From positions 9,510 to 73,509 of the forward strand of contig DUEN01000009.1 in the NCBI GenBank assembly GCA_011176545.1: 64,000 nt of DNA. Reading direction: 5' to 3'. Shown piece by piece: positions 53,162 through 62,393 of this stretch; position 1 is the first letter of the stretch, and each line of letters opens with the position of its first letter. Made by a program: the position numbers and the translations under genes. The notes beneath the pieces were generated by a model that did no database searches, was not told the DNA's origin, and saw only the letters and a list, made by a program, of their open reading frames with translations. The DNA comes from Caldilineae bacterium. Lineage in GTDB: Bacteria; Chloroflexota; Anaerolineae; DUEN01.

Positions 53162-56100
53162 ATGAAGTCCGCGTATAGCCGCATTTGGGTCCTCATACTT
53201 CTGGTGATGATGCTCCTCATCCCGAGCGGGCGGGCCTCCGCTTCGCCCGACGTGCAGGCTGGCGCCTCGGCCCCCGTGGATATCGTGCTGCTCATCGACG
53301 ACTCGGGCAGCATGAGCGACTGGTGGGCGGATGGGCGACGGCCGCCGAATGATCCCGAGGGACTGCGTCATAGCGCCGCGCGGCTGTTCATCGATCTGGC
53401 CCGCCCCGGAGATCGCATCGCCGTGATCTCCTTCCATACCACGGCAACCGGCTATGGCGCTGCTGCAGAGGGCGAATTTGACGTCATCTCCGATCAGGCC
53501 TCCCGGGATCAGCTCAAGGCCGCCATCGTGCAGCCCACGGAGCCGGAAGACCCCATGGAGCGGCTGACCGATATGCGCCGAGGGCTGCGCATGGCGCAGG
53601 ATCTCCTGAAGCGTAATCTTTCAGGTAATCGACAGTTCATCATCTTCCTGACGGATGGCCGCCCCTATCCCACCGACCAGCGGCCGGAATTATTCCAGGT
53701 CATCTCCGAGCTCGGCCAGGCGGGGATTCCCATCTTCCCCATCCTCCTGGGAGGCGATGCCGACACTAAAGTCGCGAACCGGATGGCGCTGGAGACCCAT
53801 AGCGTCGTTCAGCAGGTCGATAGCCCTTCCGACCTGTTGCGCGCTTATGCCACGATCTATTCCTATATCCAGCCTAACCGATACGTGGACGTCCTTGATC
53901 TGATAGGCGGTCAGATCGGCACGGTGAAGACCAGCGAGGAACAAGGTGTCACGGAGCTCAGCATCGTCCTGCCCAAGGCCCGCGATGCCTCCGCCGCCTT
54001 CGCCGACTTAACCCATGACGGCACGTCGATCCTGGGAAGCGATCGGCTGGACAACGGGGCCACCATCACCCGCGTCGTTGATGAGCATTATGAGATGATC
54101 ACCATCTCGCATAACAGTCCGCTCGTGGGGGAATGGGTGGCTCGCGCGCTGCAGGCGGTGGGCTCTAGTGGCCTGGTCGTCGCTGAATCGATGACCACCA
54201 TTCAGCTCCTCTATCCCCAACCCGCCGCGGACGCCGATTCCACGGCCGCCCCTCGGTATTATCCGGTGGGTAAGCCGGTCTTCCTGGGCGCGACCGTGCA
54301 GAGCGCCGATGTCCTGATGACGGGTCTGCCCCTCGTGGCGCGGGTCGGGGGCGTGCAGTACCCGATGACCACCGAGGGGCTGACGAAGGATGGCTCCCTG
54401 TATTGGGCCATCATCCCCGCACAACCGGGGACGGAGCCTGGATCGCGTACGCGCGTGCAGATCCAGATCGGCGATCAGATCACGCCCCTGCGGTTGCGTA
54501 AGGAATTCGTCCTGGAGGCGGGCGAGTTCCCGCCCCTGATCGTTGACAGCCCTACGGAACGATCGGATGGGGTGTTGGAAGAGGGCAGGCTGCTCCTGCG
54601 TGTCCACTTCGAAGGGGCTGAGCCTCCCCAGGATGCCCGGGTGGAGGCCATCATACAGGACATGAATACGGGGGATATCGCCCGTATCCTCCTCGCCTGC
54701 GCCGGCGGTGTGTGTGAGGACAAGAGCTTCACGCCGACGCAAGGGCGGCAGTATCACGTCCTCTTCCTCGCCACGGCTACCACCGCCGATGGCATCGTAT
54801 ACAACGACTTCGCGGAGGGCAGCCTGACCATGCGGGACGCGCTGCGTCTGGAGTCGCTGCCCTCCATCCTCGATCTGGGCCGTGTCCCTCTTTACCAGGA
54901 CACCGTCGAGCGCGAGTTGACGTTATCCGCCTACACCGAGCAGCCCTTCCAGCTTAAGGCGCGCGTGGAGCTCCAGTCAGCCACGCCAGGGGTGCGGCCT
55001 GGACAGTTAACGGTCAGCCTGGCGCGACCCACCCACGTGGGCGGCAACCGATACAAGACGCTGCTCACCCTCAGCGGCTTTGACCAGCTAGCGCCTGGGC
55101 AATACGCTGGCACGGTCACTTTCGATGCCGGGAAGGACCTGGACGTGCAGCCGTCCAACGTGCCGCTCAAGTTCAGCATCCCCGAGCCGGAGATCCGCCT
55201 GACGATGCCGGGCTCCGTTGACCTGGGCGAGATCCGACAGCCGCGTGAGCCGCGGGAGTTCCAGATCACGGCGGAATTCACCGAAGGCACGGCGTCGGAG
55301 ATCGAGGGGACATTGACCAACTTGACGTTGAACGGCCAGCCGGTGGGCACCGATCACTTCACCGTGCTGGTCGGTCAGCCTATCCCGCGGGGGGAGGAGG
55401 GGCACACTTTCACGATCCCCGTACGGCTCACTGCCATCGCCCGGCCGCCCGCAGGTGTCTATCGCGGAGACATCATCTTCACCTCGCCTTCCGGGCTTTC
55501 TATTGAGCCGCGCCGGATCCAGGTCGTGTTCAACGTCCCCCAGCCCAAGGTGATCCTCTCCCTCGAAGGGGACGTGTTGGACTTCGGCGATGTCACCGAT
55601 CTGAGCCAGCCGACCAGCGTGCCGATCTACATGGAGCTCAAATATATCGATGGCCCACCGCGCATCGACGTCGCGCTCTCGGATGTGCGGCATTCCGGCG
55701 GCAGCGTCCAGGCCGCGAGCGCCTTGGGTGTTCGCACGGGCGTGATCCAGCAGGAAGGGGAGGGCTATCGGATGCCCCTGCTGCTCAGCGCTGAGGGGAA
55801 GGTCCCTCCCGGGGTATATCAGGGCACCATCGTCCTGCGTGCCGCTGAAGGGGTGGTGATTCAGCCGTCCAAGATCAGCTTCACCGTCCGTCAGTTGACC
55901 ACGATGCAGGCGCTGGGCAAGTGGCTAGCCCCTGTAGGGTCGTTCTTCCGCACCTGGTTCTGGCCGTTACCCCCGATTCGGATCACCGGCTTTGTGGGTT
56001 GGCTAGTCTTGCTGGTGCTCATCAACACGGGACTGCGTTTGCGGCCCGCGGCGCCCCAGGAAGGCGGCGTGGTCATAGCTGACGCGTCGGGTGAGATGGC

Positions 56101-56431
56101 CACGGTGCCCCGCGATCGGCCCTTATACCTGGTGATGGGGAGCGAGGGCGTCGGCTTCAGCACCAGGCAACAGGATCGGGTGCGCGCGCTGGCCATCGTC
56201 GATATGGAGCAGAGGGTCACTGGGAGTTCCACCCGGGCGAGCTGGCGGGCCGTCCTGAAGAGCAACCCCATCGCGCCGACGCAGGTGCGCGTGTCCTACT
56301 GGCGTCCGGAGACCGGGCGTTGGCGCCTGGTGGGCGAACAGGGGCACGTGCTGAGCCCGGGGACACGCTTCCGTGTTCGACTGGTTGAGAGCGGAGACAA
56401 GTACTACTTCCGGTACATGGATGAGGGATGA
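53162..56431 (+). CDS. Exported von Willebrand factor A (VWA) domain protein with a long beta-rich region, C-terminal transmembrane anchor and ~130-aa cytoplasmic tail
   Basis: Signal peptide IWVLILLVMMLLIPSGRASA. MIDAS motif VLLIDDSGSM (53297-53311), FLTDGRP. Transmembrane helix ITGFVGWLVLLVLINTGL (about 55981-56034). Confidence 0.8.
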   Translation: MKSAYSRIWVLILLVMMLLIPSGRASASPDVQAGASAPVDIVLLIDDSGSMSDWWADGRRPPNDPEGLRHSAARLFIDLARPGDRIAVISFHTTATGYGAAAEGEFDVISDQASRDQLKAAIVQPTEPEDPMERLTDMRRGLRMAQDLLKRNLSGNRQFIIFLTDGRPYPTDQRPELFQVISELGQAGIPIFPILLGGDADTKVANRMALETHSVVQQVDSPSDLLRAYATIYSYIQPNRYVDVLDLIGGQIGTVKTSEEQGVTELSIVLPKARDASAAFADLTHDGTSILGSDRLDNGATITRVVDEHYEMITISHNSPLVGEWVARALQAVGSSGLVVAESMTTIQLLYPQPAADADSTAAPRYYPVGKPVFLGATVQSADVLMTGLPLVARVGGVQYPMTTEGLTKDGSLYWAIIPAQPGTEPGSRTRVQIQIGDQITPLRLRKEFVLEAGEFPPLIVDSPTERSDGVLEEGRLLLRVHFEGAEPPQDARVEAIIQDMNTGDIARILLACAGGVCEDKSFTPTQGRQYHVLFLATATTADGIVYNDFAEGSLTMRDALRLESLPSILDLGRVPLYQDTVERELTLSAYTEQPFQLKARVELQSATPGVRPGQLTVSLARPTHVGGNRYKTLLTLSGFDQLAPGQYAGTVTFDAGKDLDVQPSNVPLKFSIPEPEIRLTMPGSVDLGEIRQPREPREFQITAEFTEGTASEIEGTLTNLTLNGQPVGTDHFTVLVGQPIPRGEEGHTFTIPVRLTAIARPPAGVYRGDIIFTSPSGLSIEPRRIQVVFNVPQPKVILSLEGDVLDFGDVTDLSQPTSVPIYMELKYIDGPPRIDVALSDVRHSGGSVQAASALGVRTGVIQQEGEGYRMPLLLSAEGKVPPGVYQGTIVLRAAEGVVIQPSKISFTVRQLTTMQALGKWLAPVGSFFRTWFWPLPPIRITGFVGWLVLLVLINTGLRLRPAAPQEGGVVIADASGEMATVPRDRPLYLVMGSEGVGFSTRQQDRVRALAIVDMEQRVTGSSTRASWRAVLKSNPIAPTQVRVSYWRPETGRWRLVGEQGHVLSPGTRFRVRLVESGDKYYFRYMDEG

Positions 56432-56447
56432 GGTAGGGGAGTGTCCT

Positions 56448-59045
56448 ATGGCAGGACTGACACGCATTTCACCCAATGGTGATCAACCGACGAAGCCCAC
56501 GCTTCGTCCGACCCTGGTGTTGGGACTGGGGGGTACGGGCGTAGACGTGCTGCGCTTCTTTAAGCGGCGACTGCGGGAGGCTTGGGGGCTTGGCTCCGCG
56601 GAGGAGATCCCCGGGATCATCCAGCTCCTGGGCGTGGATACCATGCCCTGGGCGAATCTGCCCGGCCAGGAGTACCTGCATCGGCATGAATACGCGTACA
56701 TCGGCGGCTATAACGCCTCTCAGGTCCTGCGCCATCTGGACAATCACCCTACCATCAAAGCCTGGTGGAACTGGCCACCGGAGATGGTGCCCCTGGGGCA
56801 GATCCATAGTGGCGCCCGGCAGATCCGGTGCATCGGCCGGCTTTCCTTCTTCCGCCGCTATCGCACGTTCTGGAGCCATCTGGAGCCTAAGCTAAGCCGT
56901 ATGGCGGCCGTGGCCACCATCGAGGAGACGGAGAATCGCGGCTATCCGGTCATCCGGGAAGGCGGTATCCGCCACATCTACATCGTCACCTCGCTCTGTG
57001 GCGGCACCGGCAGCGGCATCTTCCTGGACGTGGCACACAAGCTCCGCCATCTCTTCGGCGAACAGGCCATCATCACTGGCATCCTGGGCATGCCTTCCAT
57101 CTTCCTGGAAGAGTTGGATAGCGATCTCCAGAAGCGGCGCATCCAGGCGAACGCCTACGCGGCGTTAAAGGAGCTAGACGCGTTCCAGAGCGGTCGCGAT
57201 TTCGTGGTCCAGTACCCCGGCGAAGATCCCATCACGGTCAGCCGTCCGTTCGACCGCATCTATCTCATCGAGCGACGCAACATCGCTGGCGAGGTCCTGG
57301 ACACGCTGGACGATGTCAAGCAGATGATCGCCCACCAGATCTTCCTGGAGACCGTTTCCCACATTGGGTCCCGGATATGGTCGTACGACGTCAACATCTC
57401 CCAGGAACGACACCGCGACGGGACCAGCATGTTGGCCTATAGCTCCTTCGCCACGTCTGCATTGGTGGTGCCAAAGGAGCGGATGCTGGAGTATTGTGCG
57501 CTTAAGTATGCCGAGCGGCTGCTCGACCTGGGGTTGCTGCGCGAGTTGAAGCCCGAGGATAAGAACGCCCTGATGGCGGAAGCCCAGTTGGTGATCACCT
57601 TCGTGCGGGATACGATCATGGGACGTCGGGAGCGTCAGACCCCCGCAACGACGTACCCGGGGAGCGACATGGAGGAGTCGTTCGAAGAGGAAGAGGAGCT
57701 GTTCGAGGAGTTTGAGGACGAGGAAGAGGAGGAGACCTGGGAGCAGGAGGAACAGCAGCCGCTGGCGACCTGGAACGAGGCCGCATATGATCGGCTGTTG
57801 TTAGACCTGCGCGATCAGATCCATCAGATCGTGCGCCAATATGGCCTGCGCGGCGCGCACTTCTTCGTGGACACCCTGTATCAGTCGCTCCTGGCGCAGC
57901 GCGAGCAGGCGCGGGAGGATGAGGATAACCTGACGCGGCGTATCGAGGCGTTGGAGATCAACCTCGCCCGGGTGCGCGATCCATTCATCGTCAACCTCCT
58001 CAACTTCTGGCCCTTCGACATGCTCTTTGTGGACAACCTCAAGAGGGCGACCCGACGCGAGCGGGCGCTCTTGAGCGAGCAGATGATGCGCCTGAGCCGT
58101 GCCCGTACCCGGGTGCGGACCATGCATGATGTATGGGATCAGCTCATCCCCGTCGCTGAAGGGCTGCGTTGGGAGATCGAGAACCGCATCGGCGATATGG
58201 AGGCCGCGCGCGAGAAGGGGATCATCGAGCCGTTGGGCCTCTTCTTCCGCCTAGGCGGGCGGGATACCTGGGAGAACGCCTACGCCTTGACCAGCGAGGC
58301 CGTGGACGATCGGTATATCGTCAACGATTTCGAGCGGCGCAACTGGGATCGCGTGCTGCGACATCGCCTGGAGGAGTCTTTAAGTCGGCTCGCCGAGGAT
58401 CCGGTGATCTTCCGCGTTGAGGTTGAGACCAGTGAGCAGCGGGCGTTCGGCGAGACGGTGTACGCCAAGTCGCTTAAGCTCGTGTCTCACCTTCCGGATC
58501 ATGAGGATCAGCCGCTCACCTGGTTTGACATCCGCGATCGGCTCCTGCGGCATAGTCGCTATGAGGTGGTAGATGTCTCGATTCAGGATGAGGAGTTCCA
58601 CTTCGCCCGCATCCTGGCGACCAATCGGGCGCTCCTGCAAGAGCGGGTCAAGCAGTTGTTCGCCCGGTGCCATCCCTTCTGGCGATACGACCTGGACCGG
58701 GGCGGGTTGGACGAACAGGATCTGGAGCATACCATCCTGGTGGGCGTAGACGATGCCGTTCGCCATATGAAGCTCTACGATGACCTGTTGCGGGATTACA
58801 GCGAATATGAGCGGGTCTCCACGGGGGATCCGTTGCGCATCGAAGCGTGTAAGATCAGTCACGGCTTGCCGATCATGTACGTCGAAAATATCGAGGTCCT
58901 TTATCGTCACTATCGGGAGTTCGTGACGCGTGGCCCCGTCCACCTTCGGATGGATTGGCAGGATCTACCCGAGATCGTCCTGGCCGAGGCCGTAGCTCGT
59001 CCCGCGGATGGTCCCCATGAGCCGCAACGTCCAGGCCTGGCCTGA
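56448..59045 (+). CDS. Tubulin/FtsZ-superfamily-like GTPase (Tubulin_2-type), cytoplasmic, with an internal poly-acidic insert
   Basis: GLGGTGVDV (56523-56540, T1-like loop), LLGVDT, SLCGGTGSGIFLD (tubulin signature GGTGSG at 57000-57017). ATG 56448 follows GAGGTAGGGGA. Confidence 0.65.
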   Translation: MAGLTRISPNGDQPTKPTLRPTLVLGLGGTGVDVLRFFKRRLREAWGLGSAEEIPGIIQLLGVDTMPWANLPGQEYLHRHEYAYIGGYNASQVLRHLDNHPTIKAWWNWPPEMVPLGQIHSGARQIRCIGRLSFFRRYRTFWSHLEPKLSRMAAVATIEETENRGYPVIREGGIRHIYIVTSLCGGTGSGIFLDVAHKLRHLFGEQAIITGILGMPSIFLEELDSDLQKRRIQANAYAALKELDAFQSGRDFVVQYPGEDPITVSRPFDRIYLIERRNIAGEVLDTLDDVKQMIAHQIFLETVSHIGSRIWSYDVNISQERHRDGTSMLAYSSFATSALVVPKERMLEYCALKYAERLLDLGLLRELKPEDKNALMAEAQLVITFVRDTIMGRRERQTPATTYPGSDMEESFEEEEELFEEFEDEEEEETWEQEEQQPLATWNEAAYDRLLLDLRDQIHQIVRQYGLRGAHFFVDTLYQSLLAQREQAREDEDNLTRRIEALEINLARVRDPFIVNLLNFWPFDMLFVDNLKRATRRERALLSEQMMRLSRARTRVRTMHDVWDQLIPVAEGLRWEIENRIGDMEAAREKGIIEPLGLFFRLGGRDTWENAYALTSEAVDDRYIVNDFERRNWDRVLRHRLEESLSRLAEDPVIFRVEVETSEQRAFGETVYAKSLKLVSHLPDHEDQPLTWFDIRDRLLRHSRYEVVDVSIQDEEFHFARILATNRALLQERVKQLFARCHPFWRYDLDRGGLDEQDLEHTILVGVDDAVRHMKLYDDLLRDYSEYERVSTGDPLRIEACKISHGLPIMYVENIEVLYRHYREFVTRGPVHLRMDWQDLPEIVLAEAVARPADGPHEPQRPGLA

Positions 59046-59062
59046 ACCGGGAGAGAGGAATC

Positions 59063-62000
59063 ATGGGGGTGGCTAGAAGTAATCGGGCGGCGCTCATCGG
59101 TCTGGGGGGATGGGGATGCCGGGTATTGGCCCACCTCTGGCCTCGGCTTCGTCAGGCTGATGAGCGTCGATCGCTCGTCACGCCTAACCTCACCCCGATC
59201 CATTATACGGTCAGCTTTGCCCTCGTCATGCCAGATGGCGAGGGCTCTCTTGCCATCGCGCGGCCTCGCCCGGGACGTTGGGATACCCCCTCATTCTCCG
59301 AGACGCCCTGGCACGCTTTATCCGACCTCTCCGATGGTGATCGCCATAGCCGCGCCTGGTGCCAGGACACGTATCGGCGCCTTCAGGAGACGATAGAGAC
59401 CCTGGAAACGTATACGGCGCCGCTGGATAAATCCCCGGTCGATCGCCAGGGCATGCTGCACATCCTGGCCGCCCACGAGTCGGCCATCGCCCGGCAGTTG
59501 GCTTGGATCATGGACCAGGCGCGCGTGGATCGCGGAGAGCCCACGGCGGAGATCGCCAAGCTCACCGTGTACATCCTGGCTTCGTTGGCTGAGGATTTGG
59601 CCTCAGCCCTGGTCTGGCCGTTGGCCGCGATGATCCGGCAGGCGGTGGGGAACTACACTCCTATCGAGGTGATCGGCCTCTTTCAGGTGGATACCTTCGC
59701 CGCATCGCCGGAGCGAGCGTATGAGTTAGCGAGCATCCATCTGGCCCTGCAGGAGATGGCCGCCTTCGAGTCGAGCGATCCGGAGCAGCAGAAGGCCATC
59801 CGCGCGGCGCTCCCCCGGGCTCAATGGCTGGAGGCCCTGGGTACGCACCCGTTGGACTTTCGTTATCTCCTCGGCCGCGAGAAAGTAGGGGGGACGATCG
59901 CCGGGGGTGAGGGCGAGATCATCACTATGGTGGGTAACGCGCTGGAGGCGTTCCTGCTCTCGGATGCTGATCGCTTCCTCAGCGAGCGATTGGCGCCGGA
60001 TCTGCCCATGCTGCAGGAGTCGGCGGGATACAGCAGCCTGGGGGCCGCATCCGTTTACGTCCCCGTCGAGCAGATGCGCGCTCGCAGTCGCGATCAGGTA
60101 CGGCTGCGGCTTCTACGCGACCGGCTGTTGGCTCCGTTAACGCCCGAGCAGGTGCAGCAGATCGACGAGCTGGCCCAGACGTTGGCTGAGGATGTGCTCT
60201 CCGTGGTACGGCTGGAGCAGGCCCTGATCGGCAGCGGACCTATCGAGTTAGACACAGGGATCGCCAGCCTGCGCGGGAGGACATCCGGCCCCTTCGTTCC
60301 CGTCCGCCTGAGCGAGAGCGAGCTCCGACCGCCGCTTAGCGGCACCGAGGGTCTGGGTCCCATCGCGCGAGTGGAGTTCATCCAGCAACATTTTGATCAA
60401 CTGGAGGGTGCGCGCCTTCCCCGCTGGCGACAGGAGCTGCTGGCCCGGGCCGGGGTGATCCCCATAGAGCCCCCGGAGGAGGACCTGCAGGAGGCGTTAG
60501 GAGAGGAGCCGGAAGGTGATCAGCCGTTATCTCCCAAAGCCTATGTCCCCAGGCAGACAGCGGTGAACCATCTTCTGGAAGAGTTAGACCGTTTCCTGCT
60601 GGATTTGATGCGGGAGGGGGAGCGTGGGGGGATCCGCATGGCGCTGCGTTGCGCGGAGCGGGTGGCGGACCTGGTGCAACGGGCCAGCACGGGGCTTGCC
60701 TCGCAACGCAGTGAGATGGCCATCCCGCCGGCTTTGCGCAATCTCAGCACCTCGACCGAGGTGAACCGCCTGACCCGCATCATGGGGTGGTGGAGTCAGG
60801 TCCAGGGCCATCCGGGTTGGGTTTTCCTGTTCTCGCTGATGCTCACCCTGGTAGCGGCGACTGCGAGCGTCCGGGCGACCGGCATGGGGCCCGGAGAGCT
60901 GCAAGCCGCTGGCTTGGTGCGCTTGGTCATCAGCGCGGTGATCGTAGGCGTGGCCATCGGGGCGGGCGTTATGTCCCTCGCCCGACGCCAGCTTGACCAG
61001 TTGGCCGATCGGCTTCTGCGTGCCAAGGCCGCCGTGATCAATCGGCATCTCAACGATCTCGTGTACGAGCTGGTCGTGAACGCTCATACCTCGCTTCATG
61101 AGCAGGTCCTGGCCCGGGTTCACTCCCTACAACAGACGTTGATGGAGCTGGAACGTGAGCAGGCGCAGTTAGCGCGCGCGCTGGCGCGGCCTATGATCAC
61201 GGACGCCTCCTTTGTACGGGCGGCCATTCCGGATCGCACCATTTATGATGGCATCTGGGCGCGAGCGCAGCGATGGATCAGCGGCAGCGTATCCCCTCGC
61301 TTGTGGACCAATGGAAATGGCCCTCAGGACGAGCTGCAAGCGGCTTGGTGGGATACGCTAGAAGGCGTTCCCGCCGAACCGACGCTGGCTCATCTGGATC
61401 GGCGCCCCGCTCTGAGCTATACCGAGGATGCGGGCACCCGCACGCCGCTCACGGAGGCAATCTCGGGGGCCATCGCTCGCTACGCGGCGATGGTGTCTCA
61501 GCCCTATCTACCCTCCGGCACCAACGTGGAGTCCTCGTTGGAACGATTGGCCCGCTCCCGCGATGGTGAAGGGCTGCGGGTGGATGCTGGATGGCAGTTG
61601 GACGATCTGTGTGTGCGCGCTCGTCCCTTCATCGGCCTCGAGGAGACGGAGCGAGAGCTTGTCAATATAGTGAGCATTGACCTCGCGGCGGTGCCACATA
61701 CCATGAGCCAGTGGCTGGAGCGGGAAACGGGCGCGGCGTTACACGTCCATCCGGTCCCGTCGTCGGACCCGTTCTCGATCATCGTGGTGCGCACACTGCA
61801 TGGTCTGCCGGTGGAGTGCCTGCCTCAACTGCGTCATTGCGCGGCCGCGTTTGAGGAGCTGAGCCCTGAGGAGCGCAGTCGGCTGGTTGTCAGTCCGACG
61901 CTGGCAGGCGAGCCTCCCGCGCTGGAGGCTGAGGGGCTGGCGGACGGGGAGACGACGTTGATCGCAGAGGTTGAGCCTGCCGCCTCGGAATCGGCGGGTA

Positions 62001-62104
62001 GCGAGGAAGGGACACAATCGTCAGCCGATGTTGAGGTGTCCCCGCGGCAACCGGTAGAGGATGAGGCCCCCACTGAGACGACTTCTCCATCGTCAGAGGT
62101 TTAA
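59063..62104 (+). CDS. Degenerate paralogue of the tubulin-like protein, with two transmembrane helices and an acidic Ser/Glu-rich tail
   Basis: GLGGWG (59099-59116). VYILASLAEDLASALVWPLAAMIR aligns gap-free with IYIVTSLCGGTGSGIFLDVAHKLR of the upstream protein. Transmembrane helices at about 60814-60870 and 60911-60982. Confidence 0.55.
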   Translation: MGVARSNRAALIGLGGWGCRVLAHLWPRLRQADERRSLVTPNLTPIHYTVSFALVMPDGEGSLAIARPRPGRWDTPSFSETPWHALSDLSDGDRHSRAWCQDTYRRLQETIETLETYTAPLDKSPVDRQGMLHILAAHESAIARQLAWIMDQARVDRGEPTAEIAKLTVYILASLAEDLASALVWPLAAMIRQAVGNYTPIEVIGLFQVDTFAASPERAYELASIHLALQEMAAFESSDPEQQKAIRAALPRAQWLEALGTHPLDFRYLLGREKVGGTIAGGEGEIITMVGNALEAFLLSDADRFLSERLAPDLPMLQESAGYSSLGAASVYVPVEQMRARSRDQVRLRLLRDRLLAPLTPEQVQQIDELAQTLAEDVLSVVRLEQALIGSGPIELDTGIASLRGRTSGPFVPVRLSESELRPPLSGTEGLGPIARVEFIQQHFDQLEGARLPRWRQELLARAGVIPIEPPEEDLQEALGEEPEGDQPLSPKAYVPRQTAVNHLLEELDRFLLDLMREGERGGIRMALRCAERVADLVQRASTGLASQRSEMAIPPALRNLSTSTEVNRLTRIMGWWSQVQGHPGWVFLFSLMLTLVAATASVRATGMGPGELQAAGLVRLVISAVIVGVAIGAGVMSLARRQLDQLADRLLRAKAAVINRHLNDLVYELVVNAHTSLHEQVLARVHSLQQTLMELEREQAQLARALARPMITDASFVRAAIPDRTIYDGIWARAQRWISGSVSPRLWTNGNGPQDELQAAWWDTLEGVPAEPTLAHLDRRPALSYTEDAGTRTPLTEAISGAIARYAAMVSQPYLPSGTNVESSLERLARSRDGEGLRVDAGWQLDDLCVRARPFIGLEETERELVNIVSIDLAAVPHTMSQWLERETGAALHVHPVPSSDPFSIIVVRTLHGLPVECLPQLRHCAAAFEELSPEERSRLVVSPTLAGEPPALEAEGLADGETTLIAEVEPAASESAGSEEGTQSSADVEVSPRQPVEDEAPTETTSPSSEV

Positions 62105-62301
62105 CCGCTTGAGACGCAGCGATTGAGCATATTCCTCAGACATTGCGCTGCTTCGTACACACGCCCGAGAGTCAGCCCGGAGGAGGACCTCCAGGCCGTT
62201 GTGAATACCGCAGTTTACCGAAAACGATTTGACTTCGCAGGCGAAAACCCCGTAGCTCGCACCTTCCGTCGGGTCGTTGGCTCTATCAACCCGTTATCAA
62301 G

Positions 62302-62330
62302 TTGCTCCGCGCCCCTCGCCGTGGTATAAT
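62302..62330 (+). promoter_or_regulatory. Sigma-70-type promoter with extended -10 (TTGCTC-17-TGgTATAAT) for crp-pyrK-pyrD
   Basis: TTGCTC 62302-62307, 17-nt spacer ending in TGG, TATAAT 62325-62330. Confidence 0.6.
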
Positions 62331-62393
62331 CCCCTCTGATTGAGCTGGCCAGGCTATATTCGCCGTGAGGCGTGTACATAACCGGGGGAGGGA

